Shown here: positions 48,185-58,592 of the stretch, one piece after another | Layout of the letters: the number at the start of each line of letters is the position of its first letter | How positions within the stretch are numbered: position 1 is the first letter of the stretch | Origin: an uncultured Chloroflexia bacterium | GTDB lineage: Bacteria; Chloroflexota; Chloroflexia; Thermomicrobiales; UBA6265 | DNA length: 64,000 nucleotides | Assembly: GCA_963724295.1 (NCBI GenBank) | Contig: CAVRUC010000007.1 | Span: 736,001-800,000, forward strand | Direction of reading: 5' to 3' | Made by a program: the position numbers and the translations under genes | Notes under the pieces: generated by a model | The model's input: only the letters and a program-made list of their open reading frames with translations | Databases searched by the model: none | Told to the model about the DNA's origin: nothing

Positions 48185-48285
48185 GGAATCTCCCCTCATG
48201 GGTGACGGACTTGCTGAACGCTGAGGGTATCTCAGGCGCGGCATATAAGCCAACGGCGAGCCGGGGACGCAGGCGCCGCTGATTG

Positions 48286-48315
48286 AAAAAGGGGCGGCCG
48301 GGTGGCCGCCCCTTT
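48286..48315 (-). terminator. Rho-independent terminator of the zinc-ribbon gene
   Basis: ggggcggcc-N4-ggccgcccc followed by a T5 run on the minus strand. Confidence 0.85.
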
Positions 48316-48332
48316 CTGGACTGCTTCGGGTC

Positions 48333-48785
48333 CTAGTAGTTGTAGTTGCGCGGAGGCGCCGCCGTCCGCCGCAACTGGAAGCACTCCCGGCAGTAGACCG
48401 GCTTGTCCGAGCGAGGCTCGAAGGGAACCTCGGTATCCCGGCCACACTCCGAGCAAACCGCCGGAAACATCTGGCGCGGTCCGCTGGAGTAACCCCCGCC
48501 GCCGCCGGATGAATACCCGCCGCCACCGGACGAGTAGCCACCACCGCCCGCGGAGTACGATCCGCCGCCGCTGTATCCGCCGGAGGAGTACCCTCCGCCG
48601 CCACCACTACCGCCGCTATATCCCGAGTCGTACCCTTGCGTGGCGCGCTGCGCCTTGCGGGCCGACCGGCACGACGGACAACGCTGGGGCTCGCTGAACC
48701 CCCGCTCCGCATAAAACGCCTGTTCGCCGGCCGTAAACGTAAACGCCTGGCCGCAATCGCGACAGGTGAGCGTCCGATCGCTCAT
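48333..48785 (-). CDS. Zinc-ribbon + CxxC-x17-CxxC domain protein with Gly/Ser/Tyr-rich linker
   Basis: 'CRDC...FTAGEQAFY...PQRCPSCR' and 'CSECG...VPFEP...KPVYCRECF'. Confidence 0.9.
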   Translation of the reverse strand: MSDRTLTCRDCGQAFTFTAGEQAFYAERGFSEPQRCPSCRSARKAQRATQGYDSGYSGGSGGGGGYSSGGYSGGGSYSAGGGGYSSGGGGYSSGGGGGYSSGPRQMFPAVCSECGRDTEVPFEPRSDKPVYCRECFQLRRTAAPPRNYNY

Positions 48786-49091
48786 TCCGCCTGAACCCTC
48801 CGCCGCGTCACCATCGCCGCGGCACCGAACGAAAAAAGAAAAAGACCGAGAGACGTTTCCGGCGGAACGAGACACGTGTGGGGGCTCACCGGGAACCCGA
48901 CGATCGCGCGCGCAGGGAATCGTCCGAGATTGGAATATATCACGATTTGGCCGCTGTCAAGCGGTTCCGATCGATTCAGTTGAGATTCATTCGATTTCCC
49001 GGCCATCCGTTGCTCCAAATCCCTATGCTAGGATGCCGGAGGCCATCGCGGCGTCGCCGTCGCTGGCACTCTTTAACATGAGGACTCGATT

Positions 49092-50228
49092 GTGAATCTG
49101 CACGAGTACCAGGCGGCGGAGATCTTCGCGAGCCACGGCATCCGCACGAACGCCGGCGGGGTTGCCGCCACCGCGGATGAGGCGGAGGCGCTCGCCCAGG
49201 CCGCGGGCGGCCCGGTCGTCGTCAAAGCCCAGGTGCTCACGGGAGGTCGCGGCAAGGCAGGCGGCGTCAAGCTCGCCCGTACACCGGCAGAGACCCGCGA
49301 GGTTGCCTCGGCGATCCTGGGTCTCGACATCCGCGGGCACACGGTACGCAAGGTACTGGTCGCGCCCGCCGTCGACATCGCCCAGGAGTTCTACCTCGGG
49401 GTCACGCTCGATCGCGCCCGTCGTCAGAACGTCGTCATGGCCAGCGCGGAGGGCGGCGTCGATATCGAAGAGGTGGCTCGCGAACGACCGGAACGGATCG
49501 TTCGCACCCTGGTCGACCCGTTCCTCGGTCTGCACGCCTGGCAGGCGCGGCAGATTGGCTTTGCGCTCGGACTCGCCGCCGACCGGGTCAACGGGTTCGC
49601 AACGATGGCGCGGCAGCTGTACGACGCGTATCTGAACGAAGACGCGACGCTCGCGGAGATCAACCCCCTCGTCTTGACCACGAAGGGCGACTGGCTCGCG
49701 CTCGACGCCAAGATGACCATCGACGACAACGCCTTGTTCCGTCACCCCGGTTCGGAGTCGCTGCGCGATCTCGACGCCGAAGACCCGACCGAGCTCGACG
49801 CGCGCCAATCCGGGATCTCGTTCGTCAAGCTCGGCGGCGACATCGGGTGCATCGTCAATGGCGCCGGTTTGGCAATGGCCACCATGGACGCCGTGATGCT
49901 CCACGGCGGGGAGCCGGCGAACTTCCTCGACGTCGGCGGCGGTGCGAGCGCCGATCAGGTCGCCAAGGCGTTCAGCCTGGTGACCGCCGACCCGAACGTG
50001 CGCGCGATTCTCATCAATATCTTCGGCGGCATCACCCGCGGCGACGTCGTGGCGCAGGGCATCGCGGAAGCCTTGCAGCGAGTCGCTGTCCCGGTGCCAA
50101 TCGTCGTCCGCCTCTCCGGGACCAACGCGGCGGAAGGGCAGCGCCTCCTCTCCGAGGCAGGGCTGACCGCCAGTGACAGCATGGACGAGGCGGCCGCGCA
50201 GGCCGTTCGCGCGGCACACGCCGCATGA
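49092..50228 (+). CDS. sucC: Succinyl-CoA synthetase beta subunit
   Basis: 'NLHEYQA', '[15 protein letters not shown]', 'EINPL', 'NGAGLAMAT', 'NFLDVGG', 'NIFGGI'. Confidence 0.97.
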   Translation: MNLHEYQAAEIFASHGIRTNAGGVAATADEAEALAQAAGGPVVVKAQVLTGGRGKAGGVKLARTPAETREVASAILGLDIRGHTVRKVLVAPAVDIAQEFYLGVTLDRARRQNVVMASAEGGVDIEEVARERPERIVRTLVDPFLGLHAWQARQIGFALGLAADRVNGFATMARQLYDAYLNEDATLAEINPLVLTTKGDWLALDAKMTIDDNALFRHPGSESLRDLDAEDPTELDARQSGISFVKLGGDIGCIVNGAGLAMATMDAVMLHGGEPANFLDVGGGASADQVAKAFSLVTADPNVRAILINIFGGITRGDVVAQGIAEALQRVAVPVPIVVRLSGTNAAEGQRLLSEAGLTASDSMDEAAAQAVRAAHAA

Positions 50229-50292
50229 GCTTGCGCTTGCCCGGCCATGCACATCTGCACGTGACGTTGCTCAGGCAGGAGGGGTCCTCTCG

Positions 50293-51168
50293 GTGAGCAT
50301 CCTCGTCGATCGCGATACCCGGGTGCTGGTGCAGGGCATAACTGGTCGAGAGGGCTCGTTCCATACCGAACAGATGGTTGAATATGGAACGAACGTGGTC
50401 TCGGGTGTCACGCCAGGCGGCAGGGGCAAGAGCGTCGCCGGTGTGCCGGTCTTCAATACGGTGGCGGATGCCGTGGCCGAGACCGCGCCCAATGTGGCGA
50501 TCATCTTCGTGCCGGCCCGGTTCGCTCCGGACGCCATCTACGAGGCCATCGACAACGGTCTGCCGCTGGTGGTCTGTATCACCGAGGGCATTCCCGTCGC
50601 CGACATGGTCCCCGTCTATGCGCACGCCCAGAACCGGGGGACCCGTCTGCTCGGGCCAAATTGCCCCGGACTGATTACCCCGGATGAGGCGAAAGTTGGG
50701 ATCATGCCCGGCTTCATCCACACGCCGGGGCCGGTGGGGGTCGTCTCCCGCTCCGGCACGTTGACCTACGAGGTGGTCGACGCTCTCTCCCGGGCTGGGA
50801 CCGGTCAGAGCACGGCCGTCGGCATCGGCGGCGACCCCGTGATCGGCACCTCGTTCGTCGACGTGCTTGGCCTGTTTGAAGCCGACCCCGCCACCGAAGC
50901 GATCGTCATGATCGGCGAGATCGGTGGCAATGACGAGGAGACTGCCGCCCAATTCATCCAGGACCACGTGACCAAACCCGTCGTTGGCTTCATCGCCGGC
51001 CAGACCGCTCCACCGGGCAAGCGCATGGGTCACGCCGGGGCGATCATCTCCGGCGGCTCCGGCACCGCCGCCGAGAAGATGGCCGCGCTCGAGGCCGCTG
51101 GGGTTCGCGTCGTCGACCGGCCCTCGGCGGTGCCCGGCGCGATCCAGACAGCCTTGCGAACGCCCTGA
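50293..51168 (+). CDS. sucD: Succinyl-CoA synthetase alpha subunit
   Basis: 'VQGITG', 'ITEGIP', 'GPNCPG', 'SRSGTLTYE', phospho-His 'MGHAGA'. Confidence 0.97.
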   Translation: MSILVDRDTRVLVQGITGREGSFHTEQMVEYGTNVVSGVTPGGRGKSVAGVPVFNTVADAVAETAPNVAIIFVPARFAPDAIYEAIDNGLPLVVCITEGIPVADMVPVYAHAQNRGTRLLGPNCPGLITPDEAKVGIMPGFIHTPGPVGVVSRSGTLTYEVVDALSRAGTGQSTAVGIGGDPVIGTSFVDVLGLFEADPATEAIVMIGEIGGNDEETAAQFIQDHVTKPVVGFIAGQTAPPGKRMGHAGAIISGGSGTAAEKMAALEAAGVRVVDRPSAVPGAIQTALRTP

Positions 51169-51218
51169 TCGTTGCGGATTCCGCTATGGCACACACGTCT
51201 GGCGTTGCGTGTTCCGAC

Positions 51219-51258
51219 GTTCAGCAAACCCTCAGCGTTCGTTCAGGGGTCGTTCAGC
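51219..51258 (+). promoter_or_regulatory. Four TCAG direct repeats with 11-bp period upstream of the HtrA gene
   Basis: TCAG at 51221, 51232, 51243, 51254; candidate -10 CATACT at 51268-51273. Confidence 0.65.
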
Positions 51259-51386
51259 GGCCGTCCGCATACTCGCTTCACGATCGGTTCCCGGGGGCGG
51301 TGCTGGGCGGGCCATTCCGCCTCCGGGTCCGGTCACTTTCATATCAGTCGCCGGGCAGTTGATGCCCGTATCGAGAACAAGGGAGC

Positions 51387-52649
51387 ATGAGCATGGCCGG
51401 ACAGCGAGTAAGCCGCCTGCACAAGGTGGTTCTGACCGGGGCATTGACGCCGGGGCTGATCCTCGGTGCGGCCGGGTTTGGCATCCTGCCTGGAGGCATT
51501 CTTCCCACGGGGGTCACCGCGCAGTCGGTAACCGACGGCGGGAGCTGTGCCGCGTTTGGCGCCCCTGCAACCGAACAGACGACCGAGATGTCTGTGGCCG
51601 ACGTCGCGGAGAAAGTCAATCCCGCGGTCGTAACCATCGTGAACCTGCAGCCGATCGGTGAAGCCGGCCTGGATGGCTTCACCGGGATCGAGGGATTTCC
51701 CGGCATCCCCGAGATCCCCGGTATCGAGGGTCTCCCAGGCAGTGAAGAGGCGCCGGGCGCCGAGGATGATGGCACGGCGCAGATCGACGACTCTGAAGAC
51801 AGCGACACGCTCGTCCCGGTCGGAACCGGATCCGGGTTCATCGTCGACGAGGCTGGCCACGTCATCACCAACGCCCATGTCGTCGCGGGCGCCGAGGAGC
51901 TGACGGTGGCACTTGCCGATGGCACCGAAGTGCCGGCCACGGTCGTCGGCAGCTCATCGCTACCCGACGTCGATGTGGCGATCCTGGAGCTGGATTTCCC
52001 CGCGGGAGAATCGGTCCCCAGCATCGTCACCTTTGGTGATTCTTCGTCCCTGCGGGCCGGTGAACAGGTTGTGGCGATCGGCAACGCGCTGGGGTCGTTC
52101 CCGAACACGGTGAGCGAAGGCACGGTCAACGCGACCGATCGCTCGTTCCCCTACGAGGGCGGTCTCACTACCTGGATTCAGCACGACGCCGAGATCTGGC
52201 ATGGCAATTCCGGTGGGCCACTACTCAACCTGCGCGGTGAGGTCGTTGGCATCAATACTGCCGGCATTGGCTCCGGCATGATGGGCGCGGACTCCGGATC
52301 GGCCGACATGGCGTTCGCGGTCGAAGGCAATACCGTCTGCCAGGCCGCCGCCGACCTGCTCGCTGATGGCAAGATCGACTGGCCGTACCTCGGTATCCAG
52401 GGCGAAGCGACCTCCGCGGGACAGAGTGTTGTCGAAGTCGTCGAGGATGGACCATCCGCCGCCGCCGGGATCGAGCCGGGCGACGTGATCACCGCCTTCG
52501 ACGGTCAGGACATCACGCGTCAGAGCTCCCTTCTCGACCTTCTCTTCGGGCATGAGCCGGGAGACGAAGTCACGGTCACGGTCGATCGAGACGGCACGCC
52601 GCAGACCTTCCAGGTGACGCTCGGCGAGCGCCCCGAGATGACCGACTAG
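51387..52649 (+). CDS. HtrA/DegP-family (S1C) serine protease with one PDZ domain
   Basis: 'GTGSGFI', 'TNAHVV', 'DVAIL', 'GNSGGPL', PDZ 'YLGI...GPSAAAGIEPGDVI'. Confidence 0.93.
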   Translation: MSMAGQRVSRLHKVVLTGALTPGLILGAAGFGILPGGILPTGVTAQSVTDGGSCAAFGAPATEQTTEMSVADVAEKVNPAVVTIVNLQPIGEAGLDGFTGIEGFPGIPEIPGIEGLPGSEEAPGAEDDGTAQIDDSEDSDTLVPVGTGSGFIVDEAGHVITNAHVVAGAEELTVALADGTEVPATVVGSSSLPDVDVAILELDFPAGESVPSIVTFGDSSSLRAGEQVVAIGNALGSFPNTVSEGTVNATDRSFPYEGGLTTWIQHDAEIWHGNSGGPLLNLRGEVVGINTAGIGSGMMGADSGSADMAFAVEGNTVCQAAADLLADGKIDWPYLGIQGEATSAGQSVVEVVEDGPSAAAGIEPGDVITAFDGQDITRQSSLLDLLFGHEPGDEVTVTVDRDGTPQTFQVTLGERPEMTD

Positions 52650-52707
52650 CTCTCTTCCAGTTGCAGGCGACCACCCCTGCCGGTCGCCGATCCCATCCCT
52701 TTCCCCC

Positions 52708-52743
52708 TGAAGGAGGGCAGCCCGAGTGGGCTGCCCTCCTTCA
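52708..52743. terminator. 16-bp perfect hairpin between convergent genes
   Basis: tgaaggagggcagccc-gagt-gggctgccctccttca. Confidence 0.8.
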
Positions 52744-52785
52744 CGTTCTGGATTGGGACCTCATCGCAAGCGAGAGCTGCGATCG

Positions 52786-53682
52786 CTATGCCTCGGCGAT
52801 TTCGGCCTTCCGCCAGCGATCCACCAATCGCCGGTAGGAGGATTTCAGCCGATCGAGCCGGCGGTTCTCCTTGGAGATGCGCTGCTCGATGCGGACTCGC
52901 AAATCCGCAAAGACCGGCTCGCCCGATTCATACCGCGTGTAGAGCCGGAACAGCTCGCCGCCACGGAGCCGCGCCATCGCCAGGCGCGCCTCCTCCAGGG
53001 CCACACCCAGCCGGCGCAACTCTTCTTCCGCCCAGGCCAGCCGGTCGGTCACCGGCCGCTCGGCCCAGCCGGGATCCTCGGCGATCGACTCCAGATGCAC
53101 AGCCCGGAGCCCGGCCAGATCGCGTAGGCGGAACGCTTCATTGACACGCTGCATGATGCGTTCTCGCCGCTGCCGCTCCTCGTCATCGCGGGCCAGATCG
53201 GGATGCAGTCGCTTCGCCAGGTCGATGTACAGCCGTTTGGCTTCGACTGCCTCGGTCGCCAACCAGCGTCGCGCGGCCGCGGGAACGTGGGGTCCGCGCG
53301 GTGTGCCGCGGGCGCCGGGAGCGCCAAATGGTCCACCACTGAGGAGGTCGCCGTCGTCTTCCAGATCGAGGCCATCGAGATCGAGCTCGTCCAGATCCCG
53401 GGTGTCGAGCGCCGCTCGCAGCCGCGCTACGCGATGGCTGAAGTCGGCGGTCGCACCTTCCAGACGTCGCAGCTCGGCGAACAGCTCGCCGAGGCGGGCC
53501 TGGGCCAGCGCCTCGAATCCGGTGACCGCGTCCCGCAGTGCGACGAGGTCACGCTCGAGGTGGGCCAGATCGCGACGTCGCTCCCCAATCGTGATCAGAT
53601 GCCGTTGGTATTGCTGCTCGGCGGGTGGCAGCGCGCGGACGACTTCGGTCCGCCCATTCCTGCCGCCAGGAGATTTCTCCAC
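52786..53682 (-). CDS. Coiled-coil protein with internal J-domain-like HPD motif
   Basis: 'AKRLYIDLAKRLHPDL...IMQRVNEAF'; SD GAGGA before GTG 53682. Confidence 0.75.
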   Translation of the reverse strand: MEKSPGGRNGRTEVVRALPPAEQQYQRHLITIGERRRDLAHLERDLVALRDAVTGFEALAQARLGELFAELRRLEGATADFSHRVARLRAALDTRDLDELDLDGLDLEDDGDLLSGGPFGAPGARGTPRGPHVPAAARRWLATEAVEAKRLYIDLAKRLHPDLARDDEERQRRERIMQRVNEAFRLRDLAGLRAVHLESIAEDPGWAERPVTDRLAWAEEELRRLGVALEEARLAMARLRGGELFRLYTRYESGEPVFADLRVRIEQRISKENRRLDRLKSSYRRLVDRWRKAEIAEA

Positions 53683-53870
53683 CCTGTTCCTCTCAACCCT
53701 CTGCGTCTGGCTCTCAGGGCAACTGACGTGCGGCCCCGAGAGCAACCACCAACCGTACCATCTCGACGAGCTATTCCGCCGTCTGTGACCTGGAAACGGG
53801 TATAGTTCGCGCCATCTGTCTCGGTCTGAAGTAGGCGCCTGCCGGTCTGACCGGCGATGCGGGAGTGGGT

Positions 53871-55115
53871 ATGGCGGTCGATCTGAACATGGACGAGGGG
53901 GTCGCGGCCGTCGTGGGTGCGCCCGCCGCGGTGCCGGATGCGCGCGGCCGATTCGGGCAATTCGGTGGCAAATATGCACCGGAAACCCTGATGCCGGCGC
54001 TTGACGAGCTGGAATCCGCCTACGATGAGGCTCGCCGCGATCCCAAGTTTCAGGACGTCGTCGACCGTCTCGCGCGGGATTACGTTGGCCGCCCGACGCC
54101 CCTCTACTTCGCGCGGAATCTGACCGATCTCGGTGGCGGAGCCAGGATCTACCTCAAGCGGGAAGATCTCGCGCACACCGGCGCGCACAAGATCAACAAC
54201 GCCCTCGGCCAGGGTCTCCTCGCCAAGCGCATGGGCAAGCAACGCATCATCGCCGAAACCGGCGCTGGCCAACACGGCGTGGCGACGGCGACCGTCTGCG
54301 CCCTGCTCGGTCTCGAGTGCATCGTCTACATGGGTGAGGTCGACATCGCGCGGCAATCGCCGAACGTCTTCCGCATGAAGCTCCTGGGCGCGGAAGTCCG
54401 TCCCGTCCGATCCGGCTCGCGGACACTCAAGGACGCGACCAACGAGGCGATCCGCGACTGGGTCGCCAACGTCGAGAACACCTTCTATATCATCGGCTCC
54501 GTCGTCGGCATGCACCCGTACCCAATGATGGTCCGCAATTTCCAATCGGTCATCGGGCGGGAAGCGCGTGCCCAGATGCTCGACGCGATCGGCGCGCTGC
54601 CGGACGCCGTCGTCGCCTGCGTCGGTGGCGGCTCGAACGCGATGGGCATCTTCTATCCGTTCATCCAGGATCGTGAGGTCGAGCTGGTCGGGGTCGAGGC
54701 CGCCGGGCACGGCATCGAAAGCGGCAGCCACGCGGCATCGCTTTGCGCGGGCACCATCGGCGTCCTGCACGGATCGCGCACCTATGTCCTGCAGGACGAA
54801 TTCGGCCAGGTGCAGGAGGCGCACTCCATCTCGGCCGGTCTCGACTATCCCGGTGTCGGACCTGAGCTCTCGTACCTCAAGGAAACCGGCCGCGCGACGT
54901 TCGTCGGCGTCACCGACGCTGAAGCGCTGGAAGCGTTCCAGACCCTCTGCCGCAGCGAAGGAATCATTCCCGCCCTCGAGTCGTCGCACACCATCGCCCA
55001 CGCGCTCCCGCTGGCGCGGCGTCTGGGACCGGATCGGACGCTGCTGGTCAGTCTCTCGGGACGTGGCGACAAGGATCTGCAAACCGCGGCCGACGCGCTC
55101 GGGATGTCGCTGTGA
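53871..55115 (+). CDS. trpB: Tryptophan synthase beta chain
   Basis: 'GRFGQFGG', PLP Lys 'HTGAHKINN', 'AETGAGQHG', 'CVGGGSNA', '[11 protein letters not shown]', 'SGRGDKD'. Confidence 0.98.
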   Translation: MAVDLNMDEGVAAVVGAPAAVPDARGRFGQFGGKYAPETLMPALDELESAYDEARRDPKFQDVVDRLARDYVGRPTPLYFARNLTDLGGGARIYLKREDLAHTGAHKINNALGQGLLAKRMGKQRIIAETGAGQHGVATATVCALLGLECIVYMGEVDIARQSPNVFRMKLLGAEVRPVRSGSRTLKDATNEAIRDWVANVENTFYIIGSVVGMHPYPMMVRNFQSVIGREARAQMLDAIGALPDAVVACVGGGSNAMGIFYPFIQDREVELVGVEAAGHGIESGSHAASLCAGTIGVLHGSRTYVLQDEFGQVQEAHSISAGLDYPGVGPELSYLKETGRATFVGVTDAEALEAFQTLCRSEGIIPALESSHTIAHALPLARRLGPDRTLLVSLSGRGDKDLQTAADALGMSL

Positions 55116-56488
55116 CGGCAACAGAATCGCCGCCAGTGGCCGGGAACACCTCGTCGACAACGCCGAGCCGCGTCGCGAACGCCTTCGCTCGCGCCCGCGC
55201 CGAGGGCCGCACCGCGATCATGCCCTTCGTCACCGCCGGTTATCCAACACCGGAGCGATCGGAGGAGTGGGCACTGGCTATCGTCCGTGGTGGCGCGGAT
55301 CTGATCGAGATCGGTGTCCCGTTCTCTGATCCGCTTGCCGACGGCGCGACTGTCCAGCGCACCAGTCAGGTGGCGTTGCGGCACGGCGTGACCCTGGCCG
55401 ATGCGGTGGCGATGACGCGGCGGCTGCGCGAGCAACACGATGTGTCGATCCCGATCCTGCTCATGGGGTATTTCAACCCGATGCTGCAATACGGCTTGGA
55501 AGACCTCGCCAGGGACAGCGCGGCCGCCGGCGTCGACGGGTACATCGTGCCGGATCTCCCCGCCGAAGAGAGCGATGAACTGCTGGCCGCGTGTCGCCGG
55601 CATGGGCTCGACCTGGTGTTCCTCCTGGCGCCCACCTCGACCGATGAGCGCATCGCCGCCGTCGCCGAGCGCGCCAGCGGGTTCATCTACTGCGTCTCGC
55701 TGATCGGGGTCACCGGGCAACGAGCGGCACTGCCCGACTTTCGCCAGTATCTGGCGCGCGTCCGCGCCCGCACCGATGTGCCGCTGGCGGTCGGGTTCGG
55801 CGTGTCGACCCCGGAGCATGTGCGCGACATCGGCGAGGTCGCGGACGGCGCCGTCGTGGCGTCGGCGTTGATCAACTTCCTGGACACCGTCCCGGACGCC
55901 GACCAGCGCGTTGCGGCGGAGCAGTTCGTGCGCGGGTTGCGCGGCGAGGCGCCGTTCCCACCCCAGGTCTCCGTTCAAGGCGCGACCTCAGCCACGACTG
56001 AAGCGGATGGACATGACCCCCAGGGAGATTCCGTGCCTGAGCCAGCAATGACCGGCCACCGTTACGTCGCCTGTCGCGGGATACGCGGCGCGACGACGGT
56101 CGAGACCAACACCTCCGAGGATATCCTCGAGGCGACGACTGACCTGCTCGATGCCATCATCCGCCTCAACGATATCGACTCGGAGGACGTGGTCAGCGCC
56201 ATTTTCACGACCACGCCGGAGATCACCGCCTCCTTCCCCGCCATGGCGGCGCGAGAGTTGGGCTGGACCGACGTTCCGCTCCTGTGCGCTCATGAGATGG
56301 CCGTGCCGGGGGCCCTACGCGGCGTCGTGCGCATCTTGCTCCATATCAATACAACGCGCACGCCATCCGAGATTCGCCATGTCTACCTGCGTGAGGCAGG
56401 AGCGCTGCGCCCTGAATGGGCCTACGACGACGCGCGGCTCGCGCAGATTCTTGGCCGTATGACGACGGCCCCCGAAACGACGGCATAG
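55112..56488 (+). CDS. trpA: Tryptophan synthase alpha chain fused in-frame to an AroH-type chorismate mutase
   Basis: TrpA '[13 protein letters not shown]', 'MGYFNP', 'VPDLP.EE', 'GVTG', 'VGFGVS'; after a ~40-aa linker, AroH 'RGIRGATTV', 'FTTT', 'FPA.AAR', 'PLLCAHEM', 'HVYL...LRP'. Confidence 0.9.
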   Translation: MTATESPPVAGNTSSTTPSRVANAFARARAEGRTAIMPFVTAGYPTPERSEEWALAIVRGGADLIEIGVPFSDPLADGATVQRTSQVALRHGVTLADAVAMTRRLREQHDVSIPILLMGYFNPMLQYGLEDLARDSAAAGVDGYIVPDLPAEESDELLAACRRHGLDLVFLLAPTSTDERIAAVAERASGFIYCVSLIGVTGQRAALPDFRQYLARVRARTDVPLAVGFGVSTPEHVRDIGEVADGAVVASALINFLDTVPDADQRVAAEQFVRGLRGEAPFPPQVSVQGATSATTEADGHDPQGDSVPEPAMTGHRYVACRGIRGATTVETNTSEDILEATTDLLDAIIRLNDIDSEDVVSAIFTTTPEITASFPAMAARELGWTDVPLLCAHEMAVPGALRGVVRILLHINTTRTPSEIRHVYLREAGALRPEWAYDDARLAQILGRMTTAPETTA

Positions 56489-56533
56489 ACCCGCGCGACC
56501 GGTTGCACCGCAAGGCCGGTCAGGAGGAGACCA

Positions 56534-57583
56534 ATGATCATCGTCATGGAGACAAACGCCACCAGGGAGCAAGTCAACGGCATCGTGGCGCGGGTCAAGG
56601 CGCTTGGCCTCGGGGCACACCTGTCCGAGGGGGAGGAGCGCACCATCATCGGCGTCGTCGGCTCGCCGCTGCCGCCGTCGCTCGACGACGAGCTCGAGAT
56701 CCACTCGGGGGTCGAGCGCGTGGTGCGCATCACCAAGAAGTACAAGCTCACCGGCTGGGACTTTCATCCGCAGAAGACGACTATCGCGGTCCGCGACGTC
56801 GTCATCGGCGGCGACGCGGTGACGATCATCGCCGGTCCCTGCTCGGTCGAGAGTGAAGAGCAGACCGTCAGCACGGCACGAGCGATCAAGGCCGCCGGTG
56901 CATCGATCCTGCGCGGCGGGGCCTACAAGCCGCGTACCTCTCCCTACGAGTTTCGCGGGCTGGGACGCCGCGGGCTCGAGATCCTCGCTACGGCGCGCGA
57001 GGAGACCGGCATGCCAATCATTACCGAGGTCATGACCCCGAGCGATATCGACGAGGTCGGCGCATTTACCGACATCTTTCAGATCGGCGCCCGCAACGCC
57101 CAGAACTACCTGCTGCTGGAAGAGGTTGGCAAGGCGGGCAAACCGGTCATGCTCAAGCGGGGCTTGTCGATGCTGATGGAGGAGTGGCTGCTCGCCGCGG
57201 AATACGTCATGGCCCAGGGCAACCCGGACGTGATCCTCTGCGAGCGAGGTATCCGCACCTTCGAGTCGTCGACCCGCAACACGCTCGATGTCAGCTCCGT
57301 GCCCGTCATTCAGGGCATGAGCCACCTACCCGTCTTCATCGATCCCAGCCACGCCGCGGGCAAGCGAGCACTCGTTCCAGCCCTCGCCCTGGCCGGCATC
57401 GCCGCCGGCGCCGACGGGCTGATGATCGAGGTCCATCCCAGTCCGGATCAGGCACTCTCCGACGGCGCGCAGTCGCTGACGTTCGACCAGTTCGACGAGC
57501 TGGCCCCTCGCATCGCCGCGGTCGCCCAAGCGGTTGGGCGGAGCTTGCCGGTGGCGGCAGGAATGGCGGCGGTTACCGCCTGA
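56534..57583 (+). CDS. aroF: DAHP synthase, type I-beta, with N-terminal regulatory domain
   Basis: 'MIIVM', 'IAGPCSVES', '[12 protein letters not shown]', 'QIGARN', 'LKRG', 'CERGIRTF', 'DPSH', 'IEVH', 'SDG.QSL'. Confidence 0.96.
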   Translation: MIIVMETNATREQVNGIVARVKALGLGAHLSEGEERTIIGVVGSPLPPSLDDELEIHSGVERVVRITKKYKLTGWDFHPQKTTIAVRDVVIGGDAVTIIAGPCSVESEEQTVSTARAIKAAGASILRGGAYKPRTSPYEFRGLGRRGLEILATAREETGMPIITEVMTPSDIDEVGAFTDIFQIGARNAQNYLLLEEVGKAGKPVMLKRGLSMLMEEWLLAAEYVMAQGNPDVILCERGIRTFESSTRNTLDVSSVPVIQGMSHLPVFIDPSHAAGKRALVPALALAGIAAGADGLMIEVHPSPDQALSDGAQSLTFDQFDELAPRIAAVAQAVGRSLPVAAGMAAVTA

Positions 57584-57679
57584 GCCACTCGCGCGGCGAA
57601 CGACGAGGTTATGCAATCTTCTTATGTGCAGCGGATTCCGCTGCAACCCTCATTCTCGAAGAATTACTGATCGTAGGGG

Positions 57680-57923
57680 TTGACTCTTCCAGGTTCAGGT
57701 GATACAACCTTTCAGTGCGGTCTGGGATCGCCCAGGCAGCATGAGATGGACGCGGGATTCGCGGTCCGGGTCATCGTAGGAAGGAGACAGCCGGTGAATA
57801 TGCCTCACGCACGTCTGGCTGTGTCTATCACTCGATGCCCGGGGGTTTGCCGTATCGTCGGCTGACCTTCACGCTGCGCGATCCGCGCGCCCCGGGCCTC
57901 CTGGAGGTCCGGGGTTTTTGTTT
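57680..57923 (+). promoter_or_regulatory. Promoter, structured leader with 23-codon ORF, and intrinsic terminator (attenuator or sRNA candidate)
   Basis: TTGACT-N17-TACAAC (57680-57708); SD AAGGAG, GTG 57794 to TGA 57865; terminator stem 57890-57914 + TTTTTGTTT. Confidence 0.6.
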
Positions 57924-58172
57924 GCCCGGCGAAGTCGGTCACCCTGTCCGGGAGGGCGACGCGGCAACGCGGGATGAGTCGGAGGGCAACTCAATGCATG
58001 AACATCACCAACTGAAAAGCCCTGATCGGGCCGGGTTCAGTGCCGTAATGGCAACGACCAATGGCCGTGGGACTCAGACCGCGGCGCAGACGTCGACTGG
58101 CTCGCCAGAGAGCGAGCCCCCGCAATCCATTGCCGACAGATGGGGATCACCCCAGGGGAGACATCGACCGCC

Positions 58173-58427
58173 ATGTTCGGAACAGATATCATCCTGAAGC
58201 ATCAGATATCGGAAGCGCACTTCCGTGATCTGCTCGCCGAAGCCGAGCGCGAGCGTTCGGCATCCATCGCCCTCGATGCGCGGCCGCGAGGGCGACGAGC
58301 CGGCCTTTCGGAGGCACGAGCGACAGTAGCCACACTGCTCCTTCGCGCGGGCTCCTGGCTGATGCCGGAGGAAACGCCGGAAGCCTGCAATAGTCCGGTC
58401 GCGTTCGAGCTTCGGCCCGGACAGTGA
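58173..58427 (+). CDS. Small hypothetical protein (84 aa)
   Basis: MFGTDIILKHQISEAHFRDLLAEAERER...LLRAGSWL; amphipathic helices; purine-rich SD-like sequence upstream. Confidence 0.6.
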   Translation: MFGTDIILKHQISEAHFRDLLAEAERERSASIALDARPRGRRAGLSEARATVATLLLRAGSWLMPEETPEACNSPVAFELRPGQ

Positions 58428-58592
58428 TCGCGACGGTAGGCAGCATGATTGATGCCCCGGGCGGGCAAACCGCTCGGGGCATCGTCTTGTTCACCGACGG
58501 CGGTGTGGTATCCTCGATTTGCGTACGTACACCGGCCGCAGCATCGCCCGCTTGCCATGTTTTGATCTTTCCACGTGGGAGAGCGGAGTCGC

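Noticed and set aside
48214..48228. ACCCTCAGCGTTC shared with the HtrA upstream region
   Set aside because: TCAG copies here are 7 bp apart, not 11; a single short match may be chance.
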